From Fibrobacteria bacterium (GTDB lineage Bacteria; Fibrobacterota; Fibrobacteria; UBA11236; JADFYW01), in NCBI GenBank assembly GCA_050294405.1, contig JBNKOC010000019.1, forward strand, positions 29,610 to 93,609: a DNA stretch of 64,000 nt. Direction: 5' to 3'. Both the position numbers and the translations under genes were made by a program. Positions 9,189 through 19,778 of the stretch are shown piece by piece; position 1 is the first letter of the stretch, and the number at the start of each line of letters is the position of its first letter. The notes below the pieces were generated by a model. That model did no database searches. It was not told the origin of the DNA and was given only the letters and a program-made list of their open reading frames with translations.

Positions 9189-10883
9189 ATGATATCCGGC
9201 CTTAATATTAGGAAATATTTTTTACTCTTTTGCCTGCTGGCGGGCCCTCTTTTAGCTAGCACAGTAAATCCCAAACATCCGGTTTATGAATTTTTAAATC
9301 GTATGAACATCCGCTTTCAAAAGGGGTGGAGCCTACAAATTAAGCCCTGGAGCCAGAAGGAAATTAAAAGTGCCTTGCGACAACTTGAAGAGAACAGCAC
9401 AGAGCTTAGTCTTTGGGAACGCCGCCAATATCACTTTTATCGAAAAACATTTTTACCCAAGCCAAAGTTTCAGCATAGTGTGCTTGGCTATCAGAAAGAA
9501 AACCGGGAGATTCTATTGAGAACCAGTTATGAAACTGAGTTAAACTACCAGGACTCTCTACCTCGGGAAAAATTGTATGCCTTCGGTACCCTGGCCCTAA
9601 TGGCAGAAGGTAAGCTCGATAGCAATTTGGCCTTTGTGAGTGAAATATATTTTGGCCAGATTCGAAGTTTGGAGAATCAGTTCTTTGAACATTACCAAGC
9701 CAATTGGGGTATGCCCTACAATACTCCCCAAAAAGCCAGTTCTTCGGATAGTATTTTTGAAAACGCCACCTTTGATGCCTACCGCGCTGTGCTAACATAC
9801 GATGGAAACATCCGGCTGGATTTTGGAAACGACTGGAATGAATGGGGACCTGGTTTGTGGCAACACCCCTCCTTTAGTGCGGAGAGCTGGTTCTGGTCGC
9901 AGGATAGCACACATGGGTACCAGGCCTGGGAAATTACAGAGCTTTATTACAACTCTCCTTTAGAATATACCAATCGGGAAACCCGCAACGGATATGAAAG
10001 AGTAGGACAAAACGCCCCTATCCCCCAACTGCGGGCAACTATAAACTGGGATTTTTTAACCTACACCAAATTTATGGGCAAACGCACCGGGCTTCGATAT
10101 CTGGATGATCGTTATGTATCTGGCCATAAACTTCAGTTTAATTACAAGGGACTTAGCTTGGGAGCCTACGAAGCGGTTGTGTTTCAAAGGGATAATTGGG
10201 ATTTGACCTATTCCATTCCTTTTATTTCCCTTTTTGTGGCAGAACACTTTCAGGGAGACAGGGATAACATTGCCCTGGGACTTGATGCGCAATATATATA
10301 TGCTGGCAAATACCGTTTCTGGACGGAGCTTTTTTTGGATGACCTGGTTTCGCCTACCCAACTTTTTGAAAAGTATTGGGGAAATAAATACAGTGTCACG
10401 TTGGGTGCAGAAGTTTTGGATCCCTTAATTAAAAACTCCCGTCTGGCCTTGGAATACTCAAGGGTAGAACCCTGGGTCTACAGCCATATCACCCTGGATA
10501 ACCAGTTTCAACATTTAGGAGCTTTATTGGGAAGTTCCCTTCCTCCCAACTCTCAAAGCGTACGGCTAGATTGGCAACATCATTTGGAAATATTAAATGG
10601 CTTTAGTTACAACATTAATTACCTGTTTTTTCAACAACAACATGATGGGCGCGGAAGTTCTATTTTCCATCAATTTCAGGCAGGGGAACCTGAATCAAAA
10701 AACTTTTTGGGAAAAAATCCCGAAACCCGACATCAACTATCCATACATCCCAAATACAATTGGGATAGGTACTTTTCCCTGGAAGGCCATTTGGGTTACC
10801 AATATCTGGAAAACTGGAAAAGCAATTCCAATCAAATTTTAGAATCGCTGTTTGCGGGTTTATATTGGAAATTTTCTTATTAG
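9189..10883 (+). CDS. Capsule assembly Wzi-family outer membrane beta-barrel
   Basis: Signal peptide; HPVYEFLNR, WGPG, GDRDN, ELFLDD, EYSRVEPWVYSH, LGSSLPPNS; aromatic C-terminus. Confidence 0.7.
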   Translation: MISGLNIRKYFLLFCLLAGPLLASTVNPKHPVYEFLNRMNIRFQKGWSLQIKPWSQKEIKSALRQLEENSTELSLWERRQYHFYRKTFLPKPKFQHSVLGYQKENREILLRTSYETELNYQDSLPREKLYAFGTLALMAEGKLDSNLAFVSEIYFGQIRSLENQFFEHYQANWGMPYNTPQKASSSDSIFENATFDAYRAVLTYDGNIRLDFGNDWNEWGPGLWQHPSFSAESWFWSQDSTHGYQAWEITELYYNSPLEYTNRETRNGYERVGQNAPIPQLRATINWDFLTYTKFMGKRTGLRYLDDRYVSGHKLQFNYKGLSLGAYEAVVFQRDNWDLTYSIPFISLFVAEHFQGDRDNIALGLDAQYIYAGKYRFWTELFLDDLVSPTQLFEKYWGNKYSVTLGAEVLDPLIKNSRLALEYSRVEPWVYSHITLDNQFQHLGALLGSSLPPNSQSVRLDWQHHLEILNGFSYNINYLFFQQQHDGRGSSIFHQFQAGEPESKNFLGKNPETRHQLSIHPKYNWDRYFSLEGHLGYQYLENWKSNSNQILESLFAGLYWKFSY

Positions 10884-12189
10884 GGTTTTGTCATTGTCTA
10901 GTTCACTTATATTTTCAAAACGCACCCAAGGCCTTTCCGACCCTCCCATAAACTGGCTAATCCAATATCAATTGGAACATCCCCAAGTTATATCCCTTGC
11001 CGCAGGTCTTGTGGATTATCCCACATTGCCGGGGGAAATATTAAAGGAAATTTTCCCAAAAGTTTTAACCTCTGAAAATTATCAAAAGAATTTACAGTAC
11101 GGCACCACCCAGGGAAATCCTCAATTGAGAGAGGAAATAGCAAAATTATACAATCGACAGGAGAATATCCCCGGTGATTCACTTGATATTTACAATGCCG
11201 AGGCTTCCCACTGTGTGGTGACCAATGGTTCCCAGCAGCTTTTGTTTTTACTGGCAGATTGCTTGTTAAACCCTGGCGACATCATTCTGGTGGAAGCTCC
11301 CACTTATTTTGTCTTTACCGCCGTTCTGGAAACATTTAATGTGCAATGTATATCTATTTCCATGGATGAAGACGGAATGATTCCAGATGATTTAAACAAC
11401 ATTCTTACCCAACTTGAATCTAAACATGAGCTCCACAAAGTAAAATGCTTATATACCGTAGACTATTTCCAAAACCCATCGGGTCGTTCCCTATGCCGTT
11501 CCCGAAAAAAAGAAGTTTTTGATATAATTGAAAAGTTTAATGAAAAAACTCCTCTGTTAATAATCGAAGACGCTGCTTACAGGGACCTTGGTTTTAGTCC
11601 CAATGTAAGTGATAATTCCATCAAATCTCATGATATTAATAATAAATTGGTGGCTTATACCAGCACCTTTTCCAAAAGTTTTTGTCCGGGTCTAAAACTG
11701 GGCTACGGCTTTTTGCCTTACCCTTTATTGGAAAAATTAGTGCGGCACAAGGGGAACCATGATTTTGGAACATCCAACTTAAACCAGATGCTAATATTAG
11801 AGGCTCTAAGATTGGGATATTATCAAACTCAGGTGGAAAAGCTTAGAAATAATTACAAAGAAAAAGCAGATGTAATGGAAAGGGCCCTTAGGAAACATAT
11901 GCCAAAAGAAGTTCAATTTGAGTCGCCTAAGGGTGGCATTTATTTTTGGTTAAAATTTCCTGCAATGGTTGAAACCGGGCCCAGCAGTCCACTCTTTGCA
12001 GAATGTTTGAAAAACAACCTTCTATATGTGCCAGGGGAATATTGCTACGCCCCTGATTCCACTTTGGGTACAAAACAAGGTTTAAATGAAATGCGCCTTT
12101 CTTACGGCACTGCTTCTAAGGATGAAATTGCCGAAGGCATAAAAAGGCTGGCAATAGCTTCCCGGAAAATTTTAAACAGCAACAGTTAG
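10852..12189 (+). CDS. PLP-dependent class I aminotransferase (LysN/Aro8-like); true start probably TTG 10894
   Basis: ISLAAG, LQYGTTQG, NGSQQ, FQNPSG, IIEDAAY, TFSKSFCPGLKLGY (PLP lysine), MRLSY. Confidence 0.9.
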   Translation: MRVYIGNFLIRVLSLSSSLIFSKRTQGLSDPPINWLIQYQLEHPQVISLAAGLVDYPTLPGEILKEIFPKVLTSENYQKNLQYGTTQGNPQLREEIAKLYNRQENIPGDSLDIYNAEASHCVVTNGSQQLLFLLADCLLNPGDIILVEAPTYFVFTAVLETFNVQCISISMDEDGMIPDDLNNILTQLESKHELHKVKCLYTVDYFQNPSGRSLCRSRKKEVFDIIEKFNEKTPLLIIEDAAYRDLGFSPNVSDNSIKSHDINNKLVAYTSTFSKSFCPGLKLGYGFLPYPLLEKLVRHKGNHDFGTSNLNQMLILEALRLGYYQTQVEKLRNNYKEKADVMERALRKHMPKEVQFESPKGGIYFWLKFPAMVETGPSSPLFAECLKNNLLYVPGEYCYAPDSTLGTKQGLNEMRLSYGTASKDEIAEGIKRLAIASRKILNSNS

Positions 12190-12193
12190 CTAT

Positions 12194-12862
12194 TTATTTC
12201 TGGCTGTATACGCTTTCTGGATATGCTTTAGAACCTTCTTGCCACATCAAAACAGATTCCGTTAATCCTGGAATATATATATCCTTTTTTTTGATTTCGG
12301 TACTATCAAATTTTTGGTGGCTATAAAAGGTGTTTCCTTTTAAATCGAGCTCAAAAGGATCCTCCATGTATTGAGCGAAGTTTTTAAGGCAGTCCACAAA
12401 ATCCATTTTTACAACCAGGACTCCCTCAAATTTGCTGGATGTGGGAGAGGAAGTTACCGGAAAACACCAAAGAAGCTGCTTTCGATTGCCTTTAACAAAC
12501 TCGGTAAAATAAGGCTTCCCACTTTTCTTTAAAGGTTCAAACCAAGGTTGCCTCGCCAAACTCCTGGAACTGTATTTTGGACCCACCGAGCGAATGACTT
12601 CATTGCGTACTTTACCTGTAGAATTAGTCACCAGGAAAGAATAAACATAATCCCGCTCCTTGAGCTGGCGAATAAATTTCTTTTTTCCTTTTTTGTAATA
12701 AAGATCATTGGCGTTTGAAGCTATTGTTTCAAAATCGTATTTAAGTTCATTAAAATAATTATTGAGCTTTATATCCAGTCCCTGACCATGAGAAAAACTT
12801 AAAGCCAGGCAATAGAATAAAATGTGGATTATAGTCCTGTTTCTTCCCAATTTTTCCTCCAA
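12194..12862 (-). CDS. Secreted protein with a possible stand-alone Cache/PDC-like domain
   Basis: Signal-like N-terminus; SLARQPWF...GKPYFT...PV...FEGVLVVKMD pattern resembles Cache domains. Confidence 0.5.
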   Translation of the reverse strand: MEEKLGRNRTIIHILFYCLALSFSHGQGLDIKLNNYFNELKYDFETIASNANDLYYKKGKKKFIRQLKERDYVYSFLVTNSTGKVRNEVIRSVGPKYSSRSLARQPWFEPLKKSGKPYFTEFVKGNRKQLLWCFPVTSSPTSSKFEGVLVVKMDFVDCLKNFAQYMEDPFELDLKGNTFYSHQKFDSTEIKKKDIYIPGLTESVLMWQEGSKAYPESVYSQK

Positions 12863-12995
12863 TCAAAAATCTAAACCTATATGGAAATAGAACAATAACC
12901 CAGAAAAAATTCAACCATAACGATTGCACAATACACCGAGAATAGTTATTTCAAAGAAGAGGACTATGCATTGTTGAACCAGAATTTAATCCACT

Positions 12996-13538
12996 ATGTT
13001 TAGCATAAGGGTATCTATGATGATTACAAAAAAATTTACAGCGGCCACTTTTTTAACTTTTGTTGCCATTCTATTTCTAGGTCATTGCAGTAAGCCCAAG
13101 TCCACGGCGATAAATAGAGACTGGAGTATGGACCCAGACACTCAAATGGGATATATATACGGAAAATTGGTTCACAACAATTTATATGGTAAAAGTTTTA
13201 AATTGACTCTTAAGGATTTAAAAACAGGGGGAAAGGCTGAAATAAAGGTAGAGAGCTATGGAGACCCCCACGAAAATTATTTTATTGAATTAAAACCCGG
13301 AGAATGGATTTTAGATAAAATTATTGATTCGAATCAAAAGGAAATTGTTATCCATTCCCTTCAGAAAAAAGAACATAAAGAATTTATTGTGGAAAAAGCG
13401 GACATTATTTATACCGGAAGTTGGATTTTCTCCGACTCCAGCCTAACCGTTAAGGATGAAAAGGAGCAGCAAGACAGTTACATGAGAATAAATTATAAGT
13501 ATGTTCTCACCACAAACTCTCTTACCCTGTTGCCATAA
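12996..13538 (+). CDS. Hypothetical lipoprotein
   Basis: Lipobox-like LGHC; beta-rich; YFIELKPGEW. Confidence 0.6.
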   Translation: MFSIRVSMMITKKFTAATFLTFVAILFLGHCSKPKSTAINRDWSMDPDTQMGYIYGKLVHNNLYGKSFKLTLKDLKTGGKAEIKVESYGDPHENYFIELKPGEWILDKIIDSNQKEIVIHSLQKKEHKEFIVEKADIIYTGSWIFSDSSLTVKDEKEQQDSYMRINYKYVLTTNSLTLLP

Positions 13539-13547
13539 ACCAATTCC

Positions 13548-14243
13548 TTAAAAGCCTTTTAGCCAATTCACTTCCAAACGAGACTCTTCTTTTTGATTTC
13601 CCGCCAGGCCTACTGTAAGGCTAACACTTAATTTTGAGCCATTTCCTAAAGCAATTAAAAGCGCAGGCTCTAAATCAATCGCTAAAAAATCTTCAAACCT
13701 GTCACTTTGACTGGATGCAATAAAGCCCAATTGAAAAGATAAAGGGGAGGAAAAATGCAATTGAGGATAAGCAGCTCCCTCAAAGGCAAAAAGGGCATCC
13801 CGAGTTAAAGCATCAAACGCACCGAGTCGTAAGTGATAACCTGTTGAGAATACCCGACTGTAAGATTTTTTTTTCCAATACGACAAAGAAATTCCATTAT
13901 CTCCGTCTCCCTGTAAATTCATCAAAATGTCTGCCTGTAGAGTGCCGTTTCCAGCCAACCTGAATTTTGCCCCGGCAGCCAAAAAAGGAATGTTGTCTCC
14001 AACATCCCCCCAATAGGTCTTGAGCCCTGCACCCAGCTCCAAATTTTTGGAAATTTTAAAGCTGCCAGAGATTGGTATGGAAATAACATCAAAGTTGGAA
14101 GCGTCTGTGTAAACGCCCAGCTCCAGATTAATATCACGGGAATGAATAGCTGAGGGGACTAAACTATAGCTGGCCTCATGTATGGGGTTTAAAGCCCAAC
14201 TGGATAACGCCAATAATAGGACAAATAAAAAATTTAAATACAT
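13548..14243 (-). CDS. Hypothetical outer-membrane beta-barrel
   Basis: Signal peptide, amphipathic strands, C-terminal Phe. Confidence 0.62.
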   Translation of the reverse strand: MYLNFLFVLLLALSSWALNPIHEASYSLVPSAIHSRDINLELGVYTDASNFDVISIPISGSFKISKNLELGAGLKTYWGDVGDNIPFLAAGAKFRLAGNGTLQADILMNLQGDGDNGISLSYWKKKSYSRVFSTGYHLRLGAFDALTRDALFAFEGAAYPQLHFSSPLSFQLGFIASSQSDRFEDFLAIDLEPALLIALGNGSKLSVSLTVGLAGNQKEESRLEVNWLKGF

Positions 14244-14288
14244 GTTTCCCCCGTCTTCCTAAAACCTCTTAAACATTCCACTTGCTGT

Positions 14289-15320
14289 TTATTCAAATTT
14301 GGATAAAATATGTGTCACTTTTTTCTGAAGTTCACCTTCTTCAGATTTTTCCATTTTCCTTAACTGAAATAATAATTCTCCCTCGGGATTTTGCGGCAGA
14401 ATATTTAAAATATTCCGCAACATGGCCTTGCGACCTGCCCGCATTAAGGGCGTATTTTTAAACTTTTGCTTAAACCCTCCATTTCCTTTTTCCAATAATT
14501 TCAACCATTCCAAATGGGAAAAAGAAAACGGGTCTTCCTTTTGTTCAGTGAGATGCTTAGAGTTCCAGGGACAAACTTGTTGGCAAATATCACATCCAAA
14601 AGCCCAGTTTTCAAACTGAGGAATTAATTCCGCGGGTTGTTCCTTTTTATTCTCAATAGTTTGGAAGGAAATGCATTTTTCGCTGTTTAAAACACCCGGA
14701 CTTTCCAGAGCCTTTGTGGGGCAAGCGACCAGACATTTATTACAACTCCCACAATAATTAGGAACTTCCTTTTTTTGTTCATTTTCCTCAAAAAATCGAC
14801 TCCAAAAAAAGCCAAAAATAAAAAATCCAGAGCCCCATTTGGGATGGATGTTACAGCTGTTTTTACCGCTCCATCCCAAGCCCGCTTTTTGAGCCCACTC
14901 CCGTTCAAAAACAGGCGCCGTATCTACAAAACCGTAAAAAACATTTTCTTTTTGTTCAGGATTTAACAATTCTTCCAGATTTTTAAGATGTTTATGAGCT
15001 ATATGATGGTAATCCATCCCCTTGGCATAGGCAGCAACTTTGGGATTGGATTTTTTGCCACTTTCAATATATGGACTCATGTTATTGGGGTACTTCATAG
15101 AAAATAAAGCAATTGTTTTAGCCCAGGGCTTAAAATTTTGAGGTAAAAGGCGCTCTTCTATATTTTTCTCCATGTAAGCAAGTTCTGCATGATAGCCATT
15201 TTTTAACCAGTCTAAAAAATGCTCTTTATGGGAGCTTTCCATAAGGGGAATAGAGCCCCACTGCAGAATTTCTGGACTTTTCCCAAGATATCCATCTATA
15301 ACCCGGGAAAAATCAGCCAT
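14289..15320 (-). CDS. queG: tRNA epoxyqueuosine(34) reductase
   Basis: YAKGMDYH, VDTAPVFER, AGLGWSGKN, CGSCNKCLVACPT, KCISF, GCDICQQVCPWN. Confidence 0.93.
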   Translation of the reverse strand: MADFSRVIDGYLGKSPEILQWGSIPLMESSHKEHFLDWLKNGYHAELAYMEKNIEERLLPQNFKPWAKTIALFSMKYPNNMSPYIESGKKSNPKVAAYAKGMDYHHIAHKHLKNLEELLNPEQKENVFYGFVDTAPVFEREWAQKAGLGWSGKNSCNIHPKWGSGFFIFGFFWSRFFEENEQKKEVPNYCGSCNKCLVACPTKALESPGVLNSEKCISFQTIENKKEQPAELIPQFENWAFGCDICQQVCPWNSKHLTEQKEDPFSFSHLEWLKLLEKGNGGFKQKFKNTPLMRAGRKAMLRNILNILPQNPEGELLFQLRKMEKSEEGELQKKVTHILSKFE

Positions 15321-16571
15321 TTAAGTTTTTCTTTTTTTCTTGCGGGCAGCGGGAAACAACACATTATTCAAAATCAATCGATATCCCGGGGAACTTTTGT
15401 GTAAATTCAAATCCGTAGGAGGATCTCCAACGGCATGAGACACATCTTCAGGATCATGCCCTCCGAAATAAGTAAATTTACCTTCCCCCAAATTTCCATG
15501 TAAATAGCGCACAGCGTCCTGGCCATCTGCCTCTCCCAGAATAGTGATATTTTTTTTCACTAGTTTTTTTCGGAAGGAAGTGGCCAATCCGTAAAAGCCC
15601 ATTATGTAATTGCTATGGTTCTGCACTAACATGGAGGGAACAGGATCGTATTTTGGAGAAAAGTCGAAAAGGAAGAAATCATTGGGAGGTCTTCTGCTCA
15701 AAGCTCCCGAGTTTACCTGGTTGTAATCTATATTACCGTGAGAAGAGGACAAGTAGTCGCTATCAATATTAAAATTTTCAAAGGCCAGGGATAAGCTGTA
15801 ATCCAGTTTTGATTTGTAATTGGGGTCGATGGGTGTGCCATCGAATACCTTATCCACAATATCTGTCTTAGTCGCTGAAAGGGCAATATCCAACGTGTTG
15901 CAGGCGGAACACATGGCAAATAAAAAACCGCCCTTTTCAATAAATTGCCGAAGGGCAAGGGCCACCGCTTTTTTCATAACCGCATTACTGGGAAAACCCA
16001 GTTCAGCAGCCATTTCCTGATAAACCCTAACTTGTTCAATGTACCAGGGAGCTGTGCTAAAAGAGCGATAAAATTTTGAATTTTGCCCCGTAAAATCTTC
16101 GTGATGCAAATGGACCCAATCAATCCCTTCCAGCCCCCCTTTCAATACATCTTTATCATATATTTTTTTATAGGGAATTTCGGCGTATGTTAGTGCTAAA
16201 GTTACGGCATCGTCCCAAGGCTGCTTGTTGGGAGGTGTATACACCGCTACTTTGGGCTCTTTTTCCAACAATACTTTTTCCATGTTATTTTCATCAATAA
16301 TGCCGTATAATTTTTGGACTTCGGCTTCGGAAATAATTTCAAACAAAACACCTCGATGGCTTGCTTCCCGCTGAAATACTGGAGAGTTTTCCAATAAAAA
16401 GCTTCCCCCTCGGTAATTCAAAAGCCATTCTGCCTTAATACCGCTGGCTACGGATAAATAGGCAATTCCATAGGCTTTCAGGTGATTGGTTTGCACCAAA
16501 TCCATGGGAATTAACATTTTTTCCCCCTGAGCCAGGCATAAGAACAGGCTTATAATAAAGCCGATTTTCAA
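15321..16571 (-). CDS. Secreted conserved protein (FCB family often mis-annotated 'asparagine synthetase B'; GATase-like)
   Basis: LIPMD..Q.NHLKAYG, WLLNYRGGSF, QPWDDAVTLALTYAEIPY, HLHHEDFTGQ, GGHDPED, SPGYRLILNNVLFPAA; TTG 16571 overlaps the upstream TGA and gives a signal peptide. Confidence 0.78.
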   Translation of the reverse strand: MKIGFIISLFLCLAQGEKMLIPMDLVQTNHLKAYGIAYLSVASGIKAEWLLNYRGGSFLLENSPVFQREASHRGVLFEIISEAEVQKLYGIIDENNMEKVLLEKEPKVAVYTPPNKQPWDDAVTLALTYAEIPYKKIYDKDVLKGGLEGIDWVHLHHEDFTGQNSKFYRSFSTAPWYIEQVRVYQEMAAELGFPSNAVMKKAVALALRQFIEKGGFLFAMCSACNTLDIALSATKTDIVDKVFDGTPIDPNYKSKLDYSLSLAFENFNIDSDYLSSSHGNIDYNQVNSGALSRRPPNDFFLFDFSPKYDPVPSMLVQNHSNYIMGFYGLATSFRKKLVKKNITILGEADGQDAVRYLHGNLGEGKFTYFGGHDPEDVSHAVGDPPTDLNLHKSSPGYRLILNNVLFPAARKKKRKT

Positions 16572-17788
16572 ACAATAACCTCGTGTCCGTCTACCAATAC
16601 CATATTGACTTCGTGCTCCTCGCAAACTATTTCATCATATATATCAAAGGCCGGGTCGTGTTTTAAGTTGATTCCAATTACATCGGCCCGGTAGCTACTC
16701 TTTAATTTACCAATTTTGTCTTCCAGGCCAAGGGCTTTGCCCCCCCCTTTTGTGGCCATTTCCAAAATTTTTTCGCATTCCACCTGGGGAAAATGCCTTT
16801 TAAAACATGCCATTTCTTCAAAAAGGCTTAAACTTTCATTACTGGCCAGGCTATCGGTGCCAAAACATACATTGACTCCTGCATTGTGGCAAAGCTCAAA
16901 GGGAAATTCCCGATGTCCGAAAAATTCGGCGCTCCGGGGGCAGTGAGCAATAGATACATGGTTTTCTGCAAACTCACGGGCATTAAGTTCATCTATGTAG
17001 TTGCAATGCACCATCAGAGAATGGGGAGAGATTAAATCGTTTTTGGCTGCATATCGGAACGGGTCCTGGCGGATATCTTCCAGTTGAGGATAACGGCGTC
17101 GGCAAAATTCATAAAGGCGCCCTTTCGCCTCTGTAAAAAACTCCCACTCTTCATTGCTCTCCGCCAGATGGAATGTCCAGGGGATGTTAAGGTCTTCAAC
17201 ATCATTTTTTAATCTATGCAAAAGTTCAAGGGAACATGAATAGAGGGCATGGGCACATACGCCTAATTGGGTTAAACCTTTGGGGCTTCGGGCTGCTTCC
17301 AAAATACCGGGTGAAATTTGCTGGTAGCGGTCCACCCCAACTTCTGGGTCTAAACCTATGCATTCCCGAAAGGAAAAAGCGCGGATAATTTCCCGGGGTA
17401 AAATTTTTCCCGGAAAACCCGAATTTCCCACATCCACAATACTGGTAGTTCCAAATCGCAGCGCTTCTCGAACCCCCAGCTTAGTATAGTTTTCCCATTC
17501 ACTCATTTCCAGCTCTCCAGCAGCTTTTTGGAGCCTGGCCACCCACATAGAAAAGGATTCTTTTGCGGGAAATAAGCCACGAGCCCAACTGAGTTCCAAA
17601 TGAGCATGGCAATTTATAAGACCTGGCAGCAAAACGCTATCTTCTAAATGCCTTTGGGAGTGAGGATAAGTTTCGCAAAGGCTTTTTCTGGGCCCCATAT
17701 CCAAAATGATTCCATCCTCCACTAAAAGCGCGCCATCTGGAATAACCGGGCCGTCCATTGTCACCAGGTAATCAGCCGAATAAATCAA
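16568..17788 (-). CDS. Amidohydrolase-family deaminase (aminodeoxyfutalosine / MTA-SAH deaminase-like)
   Basis: PGLINCHAHLE, HALYS, HLAES, HCPRS, GTDSLASN. Confidence 0.85.
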   Translation of the reverse strand: MIYSADYLVTMDGPVIPDGALLVEDGIILDMGPRKSLCETYPHSQRHLEDSVLLPGLINCHAHLELSWARGLFPAKESFSMWVARLQKAAGELEMSEWENYTKLGVREALRFGTTSIVDVGNSGFPGKILPREIIRAFSFRECIGLDPEVGVDRYQQISPGILEAARSPKGLTQLGVCAHALYSCSLELLHRLKNDVEDLNIPWTFHLAESNEEWEFFTEAKGRLYEFCRRRYPQLEDIRQDPFRYAAKNDLISPHSLMVHCNYIDELNAREFAENHVSIAHCPRSAEFFGHREFPFELCHNAGVNVCFGTDSLASNESLSLFEEMACFKRHFPQVECEKILEMATKGGGKALGLEDKIGKLKSSYRADVIGINLKHDPAFDIYDEIVCEEHEVNMVLVDGHEVIV

Positions 17789-17891
17789 ATAAGGTCCTTT
17801 TCTCCCATTGCTGCTAAAATAATATTATGGATAGCTGGCTTTTTCATTTAAAACGATTTTTTTTCCACCCTACCCCTAAAATTACCATTTT

Positions 17892-19010
17892 TTGTTAGTG
17901 CGAAAAAAGCTTTCCATTATAATTGAAGCCCTGACCTTAAGCAATGACTCTGGCATGGGTAAAATAAACAGGATTTATTTAAAAGGCTTTTTAGAAATTT
18001 TAAAAGACCAGCAGATAACTCTTCTTTCCCGCCATAAAATTCCCATCGCTTTGCCAAAAACCTGGACTCATAAAAAGCAGAAAGCCAAGCCATTTCGTTT
18101 TTGGTGCGAGTTCATTTTCCCCTGGATAATTTACCAGAAAAAACCTGATATCACCATATGTCTGGGAATGAACATCCCCAAAATAAGGCCCAAGGGATGT
18201 TACCTGATGTTAATCCACGATATGAGCCCCCTGGAAAACCTACCTTTTCGGGCTTCCTTGCATCAGGACAAAAATAAAAAAAAATTCCCCGTAATGATAA
18301 GCCGTAGTGATTACATTATTACCAATAGCCAATTTACCAAAAACCGCATTAATCAAATAAGCGCTTTTCCAAAAGAGAAAATTTTTGTTTGGTCTCCCCG
18401 GGCAGAGGAGGCTTTCGAACTAAAGGAAAATGTAAACAATCCCATTGCTGATGTTTCTGGGCCAGCCATTCCCACAGAGCCTTATTTTTTTAGTTGTGGA
18501 AATCTCGAGCCGCGAAAAAACTTTGAGGGCTTGGTACAGGCATACGATGCTGCGCTGCAATCGAACCCAGATATTCCCGACCTGTATATTGCCGGCCACA
18601 AAGCATGGGGATATGAAAACTTATTTCATAGTCTTAGCGGTTTATCTTGCAGACCTAATGTCCATTTACTTGGGAGAATCAGCAACACCAGCCTTAAAAA
18701 CCACATTGGAAATTGCGCCATTTTTGTGGCTTCTTCTCTATATGAAGGATGGGGATTTCCCCTGTATGAAGCCCTTTTAGCCAAAAGAGTTTGCATCTAT
18801 CATAAAGAAAGTTCCCAACATGAGTTCGCAGAGGGTTTGGCCCTAGCCATTGATGTAAGTGATCCTAAAATCTTGGGAGAGGCCATATTGAGCCTATGGA
18901 CCTCGCCTCAAAAACGATTGGAAATGGAGCAAAAATTGGAATCGGCTAAAATTTTGGATGAAAATCAATTATGGGCCGAAATGGACATGAATCTATCCGA
19001 TATGGTATAA
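17892..19010 (+). CDS. Glycosyltransferase family 4 (MtfB-like)
   Basis: IHDM, NSQFTK, GNLEPRKN, SLYEGWGFPLYEA. Confidence 0.88.
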   Translation: MLVRKKLSIIIEALTLSNDSGMGKINRIYLKGFLEILKDQQITLLSRHKIPIALPKTWTHKKQKAKPFRFWCEFIFPWIIYQKKPDITICLGMNIPKIRPKGCYLMLIHDMSPLENLPFRASLHQDKNKKKFPVMISRSDYIITNSQFTKNRINQISAFPKEKIFVWSPRAEEAFELKENVNNPIADVSGPAIPTEPYFFSCGNLEPRKNFEGLVQAYDAALQSNPDIPDLYIAGHKAWGYENLFHSLSGLSCRPNVHLLGRISNTSLKNHIGNCAIFVASSLYEGWGFPLYEALLAKRVCIYHKESSQHEFAEGLALAIDVSDPKILGEAILSLWTSPQKRLEMEQKLESAKILDENQLWAEMDMNLSDMV

Positions 19011-19019
19011 AAGCCCCAT

Positions 19020-19778
19020 TTAATTCTCCATACTATAATCACTACAATCCAAGCTAGTATCCAAAGCCTGAACCCAGGGCTTAATATCCATTAAAGAAGC
19101 TTGATATTGGCCTATACATCCCGATTGACTCCAACCTCGGGTATAGCCATACATTAGTTTTAAGCTTTGTGAGTCCGGCTTGCAATATAACGCATAGCTT
19201 AAAGAGTCCCCGCAATCCATTGCCAGGGAATCGGCTAATATATAAGCATCCACCAAACTGTCCAAACTCTTTGCGCTATCCAAATCTGCCCATTTTTTTT
19301 CATCGGTTAAATGGGGAAAAGGGGCGAACCGAGAGCTGTCTGTAACTTCTCCGCTGGAATTCAACAAGAATATTTTTTCCAGGGGATTATGGGCATCCAT
19401 AAAATTCATGCTGACCAGTGTATCCAGGCCCTCGGCTGGGGCCAGAGGACAATCATAAAACTCCAGGGGCCAAATGAGTTGGATGTCCAAAGCGTATTGG
19501 TTGTCCCCCTTATTTTCAATATGCAGCTTATTTATATAGGCGCATTGATATAAGGATTGAAGGCCATTTACTTGCACAGAAATATTTTCGTTATTGCTGA
19601 TGTATTTGCGGGATGGGTTAAACAGCAATTGGCTATACGGTGCATCGTCCCAGCGTTTGCTTTCTTTGACAGGGTTCTCATAATCCCCACAGGAAGATAA
19701 AAACAGAAGAACAATTAAAAACCGCCAAAAAAAATACGAGTATTCCAGGGACAACTTAATTGGGATTTTGGATTCCAT
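19020..19778 (-). CDS. Hypothetical Cys-containing lipoprotein
   Basis: Lipobox LSSC; several Cys pairs. Confidence 0.6.
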   Translation of the reverse strand: MESKIPIKLSLEYSYFFWRFLIVLLFLSSCGDYENPVKESKRWDDAPYSQLLFNPSRKYISNNENISVQVNGLQSLYQCAYINKLHIENKGDNQYALDIQLIWPLEFYDCPLAPAEGLDTLVSMNFMDAHNPLEKIFLLNSSGEVTDSSRFAPFPHLTDEKKWADLDSAKSLDSLVDAYILADSLAMDCGDSLSYALYCKPDSQSLKLMYGYTRGWSQSGCIGQYQASLMDIKPWVQALDTSLDCSDYSMEN

